Of a stretch of 64,000 nucleotides of DNA, positions 30,770 through 44,394 are shown piece after piece. Below the pieces are notes generated by a model, which ran no database searches, was not told the DNA's origin, and saw only the letters and a list, made by a program, of their open reading frames with translations. Position numbers and translations under genes: made by a program. Location of the stretch: the NCBI GenBank assembly GCA_964016885.1, contig OZ024741.1:86924001-86988000 (forward strand), in the 5' to 3' direction. Numbering within the stretch: the first letter of the stretch is position 1; the number at the start of each line of letters is the position of its first letter. This DNA is from Eledone cirrhosa (taxonomy: Eukaryota).

Positions 30770-33493
30770 ATTAATTTTAGTGAACATATCGCCAATTGTG
30801 CACCTAACCAACAACCAAACTTTAGAATTTTCCCCATTTACAAATTAATAGACAACGCTTCTTTCATCCATCGTACTAATAAGGAAACGTACTTCATTAA
30901 CAAATTCCAACCTCTACTTAATGGACTAAACTTCGGACTAAACTAAAACTGGAACGAACAATGAACCATAGTCCAAAATCCCTACGTTCTCTAAAGAGTT
31001 ACCTCCCATACACCCTACCTAATCCTTTTTCTTATATAAATGAATTACCCCTCTCCTCTCTTTCTCCTACCCGATCACCCTGAATTACCCCCCCCCCCCC
31101 TGCATATTAATTCTCTAAAACGGGAAAACATATCCAATCTCAGACGGCCATTTGCCTCCACCATGGATCAACTTCTTTAAGCGATCTTACCATAATAACA
31201 TTTTTTGAACTGATTATCATAAAAAAACAATCTTTCCTTATGTTCCACATCACCCCTTTTTTTGGCTTCAAAAACCTTGTTTGTAAATAATATTATTTTT
31301 TCTTTCCCATTTCAATAACATGTTCAACATCACCTTTACCAATACAAATTCCTCTTTTTTTCTCTCCCACTCACATAATTTGATAATGCATAAAATGCTG
31401 AAACTGGTAATTGCTAATCATTAAATAAATAAATTAATAAATTTTATAAATCAATGCTATTGTTAATTAATAAATAAATTAACTAATACCTTAACACTTC
31501 ATACAAAGTAAAATATTTTATTTTAAACATTTTCTAACCCAGAAAAAATAGAAAAAAAATAGGGAGGAAAAATATTTTTCTTCCTAATAATCGTTTTTTT
31601 CTCCCTATATATATATATATATATATTCCAACTCGTGTGCTCCTTCTCCACATTTTATAATTATTATTTACTCCCACACGAGATACAGAAAATGCCAACT
31701 AAAACAAAAACAGACTCCACTCTCATTAACATTAATCAAGAGATACTCCAAGAACTACAAAAAATAAACTCTAATTTGTCAATACTCGCCAACAAACTTA
31801 ATTCTACAAGTGAAGAAACAATCCCCAAATACACATCCTACGAAATTAACGACAATATCAACAACTTATGTGAAACAATAAAAACACACCTGAATAACAA
31901 CACAAATCCTATTCAAGCAAACGAGAAACCACATGACACTAATACACTTACAACTTACCAAATAAAAACAAATTAATACCACAATGGTACACATCTCTTA
32001 AAAACAGGAAATTCTCCTTTTGGAAGATGATACAAAATAATAACAAAGCGGAGATCTATGAAAAATGGATTAACTCATCCCCATTAATCCTTCCCCGCAA
32101 ACTATAAATTAAATCCATCCCAAACGAACCCGAGACACAAAGACGCCTCAGGGAAAGAATGGCACTTGATAACATGAAAACCGAAATTGAACTCCTTAAA
32201 TTGAGAGCCCAAGCAAATGAAGATAGGATCAAATCAATCGACGATGAGATTAATCTAGCAATTATCAATATAACCAAAGACACCACCCTAGAAAATATTT
32301 CAAAACTATGGTTAGAGGACTGTAATAAAGAAGAATTAAAATCCCTTCAACGCTGGGAAATAAACGAAACCTGGTTCTCTAACTATGAAACACTTTTCCA
32401 AAAAGAACACACATCCAAGAACCCCTTCATTAAAACCAGAATAACAAGAAAACCCAATCACCACCCAAACACCACACAACAACCAACAACAACAAAAAAG
32501 CAATACCCCCTGCTCCACTAACCACATCCTACAAAAAAGAAGGTATCACCCCTCCCCTACCACCTACACCCACCACACGGATTCCTATGCAAACAAATAT
32601 AGTAATAGAGAAACATCAGCTACAAGATAGACACTACAACTTCTCTCCCACCAGGAGATACCATAGAAACACCCACCCTTACAACCGCCCCTCCAACATC
32701 CCCCACACAACAAACCCACAACCATCATTACTGTCAACATAGAACCCAAAATTCACGACTACCACACATGCCACATAGGGCCTCACAACCACACACCAAC
32801 TATAAGGAAGCCCTAATCTACCCTGTTCCACTAACCACATCCTACAACAACACCAGCAGGGGACAATACAACCACATCAGACACCCTAACCACTACGACC
32901 ACCATAACTACACGCCATACAACAACAGCAGGACTCAATATAACCACACGAGACAACCCTACTACAACTACCACCAAGTCTACACACCCTACAACAACAA
33001 CAGCAGGGCTCAAGACAACCATACGATACAACCTAACTTCAACCACCACCACAACTACACACCCTATAACAAGGTCCATCAAATCTACACACCCTACAAC
33101 AACAGCAGGGCTCAATACAACCACACGATACAACCTAACTTCAACAACCACCACAGCTACACACCCTTTAACAACAACAGCAGGGGTCAGAACAACCATA
33201 AGAGACATCCAAACTTCAACAACCACCACAACTTCCGTAGTCATGTTTTAGACATAGCACACAGACTCAGGGTAACGAGATAACACAAAACACACAGGAG
33301 ACACCAAAGGTAATAAAAATCGTTAATTTAACCCCTAAAGAATTAACAACAGACCAAATCAACATACTCTCCAAAGGTCTCATTTCAATAACATGTTCAA
33401 CATCACCTTAACCAATTCAAATTCCTCCTTTTTTCTCTCCCACTCACATAATTTAATAATGCATAAAATGCTGAAACCGGTAATTGATAATCA

Positions 33494-33525
<32 letters not shown>

Positions 33526-33669
33526 ATGCTATTGTTAATTAATAAATAAATTAACTATTACCTTAACACTTCACACAAAGTAAAATATTTTGTTTTAAAC
33601 ATTTTCTAACCCAGAAAAAGAGAAAAAAATAGGGAAAAAAAATTTGTTTATTCCTAATCGTTTTTTTCT

Positions 33670-33745
<76 letters not shown>

Positions 33746-33765
33746 CAACTCGTGTGCTCCTCCAC
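30770..33765 (+). mobile_element. Internally deleted PLE: pLTR, N-terminal ORF, partial pLTR (truncated duplicate 20695-22097)
   Basis: GIY-YIG tail FSEHIANC...FRIFPIYKL...KETYFINKFQPLLN; disrupted ORF from 31692 up to IVNLTPKELTTDQINILSKGLIS; 33381-33765 repeats ~31308-31650. Confidence 0.8.
32830..33240 (+). repeat. Coding-frame tandem repeat, ~57-63 bp units (YTPYNNSRAQYNHTIQPNFNNHHN-like)
   Basis: About six imperfect units within ORF 32768-33283. Confidence 0.85.
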
Positions 33766-33942
33766 ATTATATATATATATATAAATATATATATAAAATA
33801 TAAATATACACGGGTGTGTATGATTGTGTATAGAAGATTATATTAATAAAAGGAATTCCAACTTTGATTTACTCGTTTTATTTACAATCCTATAAAATTA
33901 TAATGAAATATTATGGTAGAATATTAAATGTTAAATGTTAAT

Positions 33943-33981
33943 TGAACAAGTACTTTCATGCTTTCGCAATCTTCAGGTTCA
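33943..33981 (-). ncRNA. Minimal hammerhead in pLTR (mirror copy 38797-38835 has G8>A)
   Basis: Minus: tgaac CTGAAGA ttgc gaaa gcat GAAA gtac TT gttca; stem III AGTACT is palindromic. Confidence 0.8.
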
Positions 33982-35057
33982 TATTCAGTGGTGACAGTCA
34001 AGTTTGCAATTTTCAACTGTAATGAGATGGCTAAAATATGTGCTTTATATACAGTAAAAAGGGACTACAGAATGCTAAGTTTTCCGAACTGTATTTCGAC
34101 TAATCGGTGTGTGATTTCACTAGATTACTAAAGCTGATTGGTTTAGGTGTCACGGTTGGTTGAGTATGTCTAACGACTTCTATTTGACCCTAACCAAAGC
34201 ATCAATTGTTTTGCTATTTTTAGAAATGATGAAAATAGCGTTTTCTAGGGCTTTTATGAAAAATCTTCAGTAATCATCAACATCAACATCCCTTTTATTA
34301 TTATTATTGTTGTTTTTGTTAGTGGTGGTAGTCGACATGGTCATAGGCGTAGTCATAGTAGAAGTAATACCCCTAAGCATTATTATTGTTCATTTAGCTT
34401 GGGTTGGAATTTATCAATAAAATTCTTTTCTTTAATTTTTCTCTTGATTTCACTTGGGCTGTGTAGTTTGTAGAATGGAAATATTATAGATATTTTTTGG
34501 CCACATGTTGCTAGATGGTTACTCAGGGGTATCTGACGGACATTTGGGTCACTGATTTGCTGTCGGTGCACCCGTGCACATTCCGATAGTGCATTTCCAG
34601 TTTGACCGACATATAGTTCTTCACAATTCGGGTATTTAATGCAGTAAATTAGATTTCTGCTTTTGTAGTTCATATTTGCATTTGGGAATATTTTTCCAGT
34701 TTTTGTGTTCATATATTGACCAGTATTTATGAACTGACATGTGCCACATCGACTATCATTGCATTTAGATACAGTGAATGATTGCTCTTTGTTGTTAAGG
34801 TCAAAACTTTGCCTTTGTTAGTAATTGCTTCAAATGTTTCGGCTGTCTGTTACTTTGGCAGTGTTGAAGATATTCTGGTGACATGGGTTGTGTGTCATTA
34901 TAAATGGTATGACCAGTTCTTGGTTTCTTCTTCCTTGGGTTGTCCTAAGTTGTTGTATAGGTATTTTTATAGCCCGCTATATGCCATTTTCTATAAGTAG
35001 AGATGGGTATTTTTGTTTGAGCAAAAATTCTCTCAGTTCTGTTAGGCGTTTGTTCAT

Positions 35058-38000
35058 ATAAACTTTGAAATTAAAAATTTAGCTGAAATTATACCAACAG
35101 TTATCAAAGATACAAGAGAAAGCCTACCACAACCCCCTTGGATGTCAGAACTAAACGAAAGAAATTTAGAAAACGAAACACATCGAATAAGAAAAGAAAT
35201 GTGGAAGACATGGAAAAAATTTCTTAACATAAGAAAATAAAACTTCTGGAAAGCATACAAATGCGAAAAATATGTCAAAAACACATTCGAAATGGCTTTG
35301 TCTAACGGCACCCATACTCCCTCGTAAATACCTAATTAAAGAAATTGCAGGAGAGCCAGAAGATGAAACAAAGCTCCAATGGGAACTTACATTGACAAAA
35401 TTCAGGACCGACATTTACATTATTCAATGTAAACAATCCCGCTCCAAAGCCAAATACGAAGCTATCGATGACCAAATTGAAGTCGAAATTTCAAAGCTAA
35501 CGACTGGTAATATAGATGAAAAATCTACGAGAACTATGGATCAGAGATATCTCAAAAGAAGAAAGCAAATCAAGAAAGTTATGGCAGCAGAAACAATTAT
35601 TTCTCGACGAATATGCTGCAAATTACGGTAAAGACTCTGGAACTCTGAGAAAAAGCATTAAAAGTGGACAATCTCACCAATACAACATACGCCAGAAAAC
35701 GTAGCAACACAAACACTCATCTCACATTGAATCAAAGAAGAACTACGGTAAGAACTCTTCGCTTTTTCTACAAAAACACCCTAATACGCACAGCATGAAC
35801 AAAATGCACAAACACGATAGATATTCCTTTGACCAGACCATGAGAAGTAGAAAAAAACCAGGAGATCATTCTCAAGATCTTAACAGAGACTACCCACAAG
35901 GAACCGGAAAAAACCGTAGAATAACCAGATCACTTTCAAAATCTCAACAGAGATTACCCACAAGAAACTGGGCAAAAAAAAAAACGATCTAAACCTGAAA
36001 GCAAACCTAGGTCATTTTCCCAGATTGTTAAAAATAATGCTAACAAGAAATGGAAAAATAATATACATAATACCAAAAATAGGACAAAAAAAACATAACG
36101 AAACTAAATATAATATCACGACCAAAAGTTCATCAAGCAAACACCAACAGGAATATAAATCCTGAACAGAGAAAAATCCATTTTTTAACGCCAGGACAAC
36201 AAAAACCGGAAAAAGAAAAACTCCAGGAGGAAACATACCCAAAACAATTGAACACGTAGATCCTAAAATAGTTAATTTATCCAAAAGAGATCTTGACAAT
36301 GATGAAATGCAAATTCTATCAAAAGGACTGCAATTCACACCGACTCCAACAGTCAACCACCAAGAACTGAAGGAGGATACCCAAGAAATCTATCGTAAAT
36401 TACGACTTGTAGAATTCTTCGCTGATAAAAGTAATGAGAGTGATGAATCACTAGTAAAGAATAAATCAAATTTCCCACCGCCAAAAGGAAGAAATATCTA
36501 TTTCGACCAATACATTGATATCCTGTCTAAATTTCCTCTTAGACGTAATACTAATGTTAGGCCAAACATTAACAAATCGGAAATGTCTGCACTTAAATGT
36601 ATACAAAATGATAAAACAATAATAATTAAATAAGCAGATAAAGGGGGTGCAGTTGTTATAATGGATGCTGAATACTACAAAGATTTGGTTGAGGAACAAT
36701 TGAAAGACATAACATTCTACCATGAAATACCGTCAAATATAGACCACAACATCATGAAGAAGATCAACAACCCGGCTTCAAAATACTACAGCTCACTTAC
36801 TGATAATGAAAGAGACTACATCACCAATTTTGAGCCCAAACCCAGCAACTTTTGTGGCTTACCGAAAATTCATAAGTAAAAGGAAATCCAACTGGCAGTA
36901 AAAGAACAAAAAAGTGAGTACATTAAATTACTACACCCAAAAGACCCTATTATAGCTGGTCCAACATGCCCAACATGTCCAAGCAATTTTGTTGACATTA
37001 TTTTGAAACCACTATGTATTCACATACCCAGTTTCATCCTGGATGATATCGACTTCCTGTCCCATCTTCCCAAAACCACGGAAACGAATTCACTTCTACT
37101 TAGTTTTGATGTGGTAAGCCTTTACACCAACATTACACATGATTTAAGAATAAAGGCGATTAAATACTGGGTGGAAAAACATAGAAAAGTGACTCCCACC
37201 AGATTCACAGTGCCATTTATATTAGACGCAGTCAGACTTATTCTGGAAAACAACACATTCTTCTTCAATGGAAAGAATTACATCCAAATTTGAGGCACAG
37301 CGATGAGAACGAAGTTTTCTCCCGTTTACGCGAACTCTGTAATGGGATACTTAGAACAACAACTGTACCAAGAAATAGAGGAAAAATATAGCACTGAATT
37401 TAGAAAGTACATTGAAAAGTCTTGGAAGAGATACCTTGACAACTGTTTCATCATCTGGACAGAATCTCTACATACTCTGGATGAGTTCAATAACCTCCTG
37501 AATAACCTACATCCATCTCTCCATTTTACAAAAGAGATGAGTAGTACCAAATTACCATTCCTAGATATAATGGTAATCAAAAACGACACCACCATTACCA
37601 TTATAACTGTTGGTATAATTTCAGCTAAATTCTTAATTTCATAGTTTATATGAACAAACGCCTAACAGAACTGAGAGAATTTTTGCTCAAACAAAAATAC
37701 CCATCTCTACTTATAGAAAATGGTATACAGCGGGCTATAAAAATACCTATACAACAACTTAGGACAACCCAAGGAAGAAGAAAACAAGAACTGGTCATAC
37801 CATTTATAATGACATACAACCCATGTCACCAGAATATCTTCAACACTGCCAAAACAAACCTACCGGTCATTGCTCAAAGTAATGAATTAAAAGGTTTAAT
37901 CACAGACCGAGCTTTGATTCTTAGTAAAAGACAGCCGAAAAATTTGAAGCAATTACTAACAAAGGCAAAGTTTGACCTTAACAACAAAGAGCAATCATTC

Positions 38001-38393
38001 ACTGTATATAAATGCAATGATAGTCGATGTGACACATGAGAGTTCATACATACTGGTCAATATTTGAACACAAAAACTGGAAAAATATTCCCAAATGCAA
38101 ATATGAACTACAAAAGCAGAAATCTAATTTTCTGCATTACATGCCCGAATTGTGAAGAACTATATGTCGGTCAAACTGGAAATGCACTATCGGAATGTGC
38201 ACGGGTGCACCGACAGCAAATTAGAGACCCAAATGTCCGTCAGATACCCCTGAGTAACCATCTAGCAACATGTGGTCAAAAAATATTTATAATATTTCCA
38301 TTCTACAAACTACACAGCCAAAGTGAAATCAAGAGAAAAATTAAAGAAAATAATTTTATTGATAAATTCCAACCCAAGCTAAATGAACAATAA
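35058..38393 (+). pseudogene. PLE polyprotein: N-terminal helical domain, RT, GIY-YIG (multiple stops and frameshifts)
   Basis: IVNLSKRDL..ILSKGLQFTPTP; ADKGGAVV; GLPKIHK; SFDVVSLYTNI; QI*GTAM; WKRYLDNCF; LPFLDIMV; CNDSRC; CITCPNCEELYVGQTG; IFPFYKL..FIDKFQPKLN. Confidence 0.92.
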
Positions 38394-39005
38394 TAATGCT
38401 TAGGGGTATTACTTCTACTATGACTACACCTACGACCATGTCGACTACCACCACTAACAACAACAACAACAATAATAATAATAACAATGATGTTGATGTT
38501 GATGATTACTGAAGAATTTTCATAAAAACCCCAGAAAACGCTATTTTCATCATTTCTAAAAATAGCAAAACAATTGATGCCTTGGATAAGGTCAAATAGA
38601 AGTCGTTAGACATGCTCAACCAACTGTGACGCCTAAACAATCAGCTTTAGTAATCTAGTGAAACCACACACCGATTGGTCAAAATACAGTTTGCAAAACT
38701 TAGCATTCTGTAGTCCCTTTTTACTGTATATAAGGCACAAATCTTAGCCATCTCATTACAGTTGAAAATTGCAAACTTGACTGTCACCACTGAATATGAA
38801 CCTGAAAATTGCGAAAGCATGAAAGTACTTGTTCAATTAACATTTAACATTTAATATTCTACCATAATATTTCATTATAATATCATTAACATTTTAAAGG
38901 ATTGTAAATAAAACGAGTAAATCAGACAAAGCTGGAATTACTTTTATATATATATATGTACGTGTGTATGCATATAGACACATGTGGGACAGTGTGTGTG
39001 TGTGT

Positions 39006-39068
<63 letters not shown>

Positions 39069-39411
39069 AGTGTGTGATTGTAAAGACCCGACCATTTTTA
39101 GAGTTTAACACACCATGTTAATACAGCCACTTAAAGAAAAACCTTTTGTCTGCTTAGTATAGTTGAACTTTGAAAAATAAGGAGTGCCTTTTGTATCCCT
39201 TTCTATCACTATGTATTTTTCTCTAAGTATAGTGTTTTCAAAGAATCCCCATTCTTTAAATCCATCAGCCAATGACCTCCGCCCATCCCAATCACCACTT
39301 TCCCCTACCACCAGAAAATGTATAAATACCACCATAAGACATTGACCGTCTGCTTTCCTGACAATTTCCTTCGAATGAAACAGTTCTAGTCCTGTAGAAG
39401 CCATTTCTATA

Positions 39412-39530
<119 letters not shown>

Positions 39531-39580
39531 ATATAAGTTAAAGCAATGAAATAAAAATTCAAGTCATTAGAAATATACTT

Positions 39581-39722
39581 CACTGCTTTACGATCGTTTC
39601 TAGGTGATAATAATACATCGTACGCATATTTCGTTATCGATCTATGTAGGGTTAGTTACAAAATATCAAATAAGGAATATATTTACCTACATGTATATCA
39701 TCAGCCGTTGTCAAAAGCAATG
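39581..39722 (-). ncRNA. Hammerhead motif, U3-A8 variant with very long stem II
   Basis: Minus: cattgctt TTGACAA cggctgatgata...tattatcaccta GAAA cgatcg TA aagcagtg; 8-bp stem I; palindromic ACGATCGT. Confidence 0.6.
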
Positions 39723-39929
39723 AAAATGTTATTCAAAATCAATAGTAAATTGAGTTCTATGACCTTATTTGGAGGTAGCTGAAGAAAAAACAATCAAATG
39801 GTTTTTTGCCATATGATGTTAAGATGAAATATAACTCACTTTAGTTGAGGTCATGACTCGTTGAAAGGAATGGTTGAATGGTGTTAAAAATAGAATTACT
39901 ATAAAGAACCTATGAAGAAAAAGGAATTG

Positions 39930-40118
39930 TTATATTTGTTTCTACTTTAGGCACAAGGCCAGCAAATATCCAGTACATTACTGGTACTTTATTTTATCGA
40001 CCCCGTAAGGATGAAAGGCAAAGTTAACCTCGGCGGGATTTGAACTCAGACTGTAAAGGGACGTAACTATGCTTGAAAGCATGGCGTCCAAACCTCTACC
40101 GATACTGCCAATTCACCG
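39930..40118 (-). mobile_element. tRNA-derived SINE nested in PLE 3' region
   Basis: Same A/B boxes and central domain as 10772-10953. Confidence 0.85.
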
Positions 40119-40653
40119 CAATTGTTATATTGATAGTAGAATGTAGATGGTGGAGTGAAGTTTAAAAAGGAATGTAAAAATTAAATGTTGGGTTGTGTTG
40201 TATGGAATTTTTAGGTGAATATAAATAAGTAAATATAAAATATACAGAAATAACTAGGATAAATATAGATAGGTAAAGTAATGGTCATAACTAGGAAGGA
40301 TAGTATATTAAAAGATGAAAATTATAATAAGATAATAAAATATAATAATATAATAATATAATATAACGTAATATAATATAGTACAGTATAGTACATTGTA
40401 TATAGTATAATATAGCGTATGATGCATCATAAAATATAAAATAGTAAATATTTTCAAGTGGGTCTATGTATAAGTAATCAAACTCAGATAAAGGCATGTT
40501 GACATATAGTCAAAACGCATAATTTTCTTAGATCACAAAAGTATATATATTCACATATATAGATAGAGGTATAATTACATTGATACTCCATTAAAAACAT
40601 ACATACGCATATATAGATATAAACATATACAAATACATACATACACGCACACA

Positions 40654-40767
<114 letters not shown>

Positions 40768-41099
40768 CACACACTTATACATACATATATACATGTACAC
40801 ATACATACATGTACATACACATATACACACACATACACATATACTCACATATATATATACATATATATATATTCTCTTATCATACATACATAGATACATG
40901 TATACCCATGCAATTACAGGTGATTATGTACCGTGATGCCCTTAGTCAGTAACGCACGAATCTATGGAAGCTAAAAGATTAAAAGGTTAAAAAATATAAA
41001 AATAAACAGGAAGGCGTATAATTAGGGGAAGGGGATACTAACAAATTGTACGTCACATAGAACTATAGTGAGTTGCTATTTAGAATGTTTAATTAGGTT

Positions 41100-43686
41100 T
41101 ATAGTACTTAAATGTTTTTCGTATACGGTGATTACAAGCTATAATCAGTTCCTGTCTTTTATTCAATAAATCGTCCTTAGATTTAGTAATTTCTAAGATC
41201 TCCCCGGAACATAATCTGCATTCTCTCCTGTTCCCAAGATATAGAGTTCTTTGCAGAATGGTATTCCACGATAGCTTGAAAGCTATTTTTTTTTCTTTTT
41301 ATAGTTATTTACTGTTTCAGCTAAGGATGTGGTGTTAGCTAGTTTAGTATTGTTAAAGCTACTGGAGTGTGCGTAATATCTTTTCTTAAATGTGTTCGAT
41401 GTAGATCCTATATATGATTTGTTGGAGTCAGTAGTAGACACAGTGCATTTATATATTACATTATTAATCAAACAGTTGCCATTTAAGGGGCAAACTCTTC
41501 TATTTCTGCAATTACAACCATACGTAAGATGGTTGTTGGTGGTACCTACATAATTCTCATTAATCCTTGAGCTATTCTTATTGTAATTAATGTTAGAGAA
41601 AGAATGAGTGCTGCTTTGTGGGTGAATTAGTGTTGGGGTTGTATTGTGATTTTGTGTTATGTTGTTTTTGTGTTGGTGATTTGGGTGGTTGTGTTTTCCA
41701 GGTTGAAGGATTGTTTAAATTATGTTGTGGTGGTGTGGTCATATTATTTTTAAATTGATAAATGTTGTAGTTGCATATTTTTTGCTGGAGATTGTTTGAT
41801 GTAGAGTATGAGAATTTAACAGAATACCTGTTAAATATCTGTGATTTGGTGGAAAATGTTTATATAGAATTTCGAAGAATTCTTTTGGAATTTGTTCAAT
41901 AGTTTGCAGGTTGAAGGGTGCGTTGTACATGTTATGTTTCTTTTGCGGTTTTTAGTTAAGTTCTTATTTTCACTTATATTAATGTGCTGTGTTCTAGAAG
42001 AGTTCTTATGGTTAGTATTTGTATTTGTGGAATTTGGTAAATTGCAGTGGTTGTATTTGATGTTATTATTGGGTAGATTATGAGAGGTTGAATGTTTGGT
42101 AGTCATATGTGAGTTGTTAACATTGGTCATAGATCGTGTAGTAATAGTTGTTGTAGTTTTTCGGTTGTTTGGTGTGATAGGAATGACCCCATTAGGCATT
42201 TGTTTCGATGGTATTTTTTGGTGTTTGTAGTTTTTGCTAGGTTTTGTAGTATGGTCCATAGTAGTGTTGGGGATATATGAAATGTTTTCTTTATATCCAC
42301 TTCTAGTTAGGGCCTCGTTGTAGAAGGGTGCATTTTTATAAAATATATCCTCATTGGAAGATAATTTAGAAAGTCTAAGAGATATGTTATATACTAAGTT
42401 TTTGAGTATAGAGCCAGGGTGGTTAGAGCGTGAATGTACATAGTGTAGATTCTGATTGGGCTTGTGGTAAGGTTGATAAATATTCGTAGAGAGGTCTAAG
42501 GTAACGTCAAGGAAGTTAGCTACTTTTGAGGTGTTTTCAAAGGTGATGTTAAGGTTGTAATAGTCCTTGAGGAATTTTCTAATTTGTTTTTTGTTTTTCT
42601 CTATATTAGAATTGCTAAGATTGATAGATATCAATAGACAATCATCCCGATAAAGACCACCTTTGAGGTGGCGAAAAGAGGAATGAATATTATAGAGGAG
42701 AAATAGTCCAACGAGTCTGAAACTTGAGCAGAGTCCATGGATCCCATCGTTATATCGAATAAGTTGTTATATGTGTTTCTTGTCCAGTGTTCTTCTTGGA
42801 AGTTTAGTAAGGTTTTTCTAGCGTGAGTTATGATGTTGATTTCCTCAGTAGATAAATCCGATCTATTTCTGGCGAAGATCAGTGCTTTGTTTAAGAAAAT
42901 TGGAGAAATCGAAGAATAGTAAGAATCGATGTCGAATTGTATGAATGAAGCTGAGTTTTTATTTTCGATGTTAGTGCACCATTCAATAACCTGGGAAGTG
43001 TTATCCCATAATGGAAGTGTTACAAATTTTCTAATCTGCGGAATGATTCGATCAATAATTTTCTTGCTGATATTACCGATACCAGATTTTGATGGGCATA
43101 TCAGTATAATAGATGGGTTCGAATTAAAGTCAGATTTGTGGTCATTCAGGTTGAAGTGCGGGCTTTGAGGTGTGAAAGGCTCCGTCCTATCTTCAATATG
43201 GAGTTTTTTTTACTATATCACATGATATGTTGTTCAAGGATGTCAGTGCGGTGGTGCTGGTTTTCTTATAGTTTTTTCTAAGTTCTATATAAACGAACTG
43301 GTTATATTTATCGATGTCCATATGGTATAGATTACCAGTTTTGTCAGAATAGACATGGACCTTGTTTGAATTTTTCAGTTGCAAAAGGGTAGAATCTAAT
43401 CCATTTTGGAATTCAGATTTGTGTTTCCTGAACTTTATGTTTTTAATCATGTTCAGTAGGGCGCTCTCAAAATGTTCAAGTTGAATATTATGAGGAGGAT
43501 TTTTGTATGCGTTGTATCCATAGCGGTACTTCTTTTCATTTGTATTGGTTTTGTTGTCAAAATGATAGGCTCTCCATCGCATTCTCCTAATAAACTGGTT
43601 AGTTTTTGTATGAGTATGAGTAGATATTCGTCTTTAGGTGGAATCGGAATATTCTTCAACGAGGTACCCAAATATTGTTTTTCCAT
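41100..43686 (-). pseudogene. PLE RT plus GIY-YIG (frameshifted)
   Basis: SLKNIPIP..MRWRAYHF; SDKTGNLY; FIQFDIDSYYSSI; FDITMGS; GLYRDDCL; NFLDVTLDL; PYHKPN..YVHSRSNHP; RKRNI; CNCRNRRVCPLNGNC..NVIYKC..YIGSTSNTFKKRY. Confidence 0.92.
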
Positions 43687-44281
43687 TGTGATGCAGGAAT
43701 TAGATAAAAGAAGAGTTCAACTAAATATTATAATCACAGAAGTGGAGACAATTATGAACAAATATATTGAAGGAGCAATATGCACAGAAATATCCACGGT
43801 TAGTTGAGGGGTCTAGTCTGCACGAAGAACTCAATGTAATCCATATGTTGAAAATGTTGTAGGTTAAAATAAATCCCGGAAAACAATAAAACACCAAAAG
43901 GAAAACAGAGTCATGATATAAGTTAAAACAATGGAATAAAAATTCAAGTCATTAGATTTTACGATCGTTTCTAGGTGATAATAATACATCGTACGCATAT
44001 TTCGTTATCGATCTATGTAGGGTTAGTTACAAAATATCAAATAAGGAATATATTTACCTACATGTATATCATCAGCCGTTGTCAAAAGCAATGGAAAGTG
44101 GTGGCAGATAAGGAAGCCAGAACCAAGTATGCGGATACAATTGCAAAGTGAGAACGTTGATAGAGGAGGCCACTGGCACCGAAGTGGCACGACAGCGGAT
44201 GAAGATCGGAAACGTCTAACATGGATCAGTAACGATATTTGTATTGCTCGTAGATTCACACGCCCCCTATACAACACATAT

Positions 44282-44375
<94 letters not shown>

Positions 44376-44394
44376 CACACACACACACTTGAAT

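Larger units (their letters stand above)
33845..38945 (+). mobile_element. Near full-length PLE (Neptune/Naiad-type) with inverted 5' pLTR
   Basis: 33845-35104 is the reverse complement of 37603-38945 with a deletion; flanked by TA-rich tracts. Confidence 0.92.
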
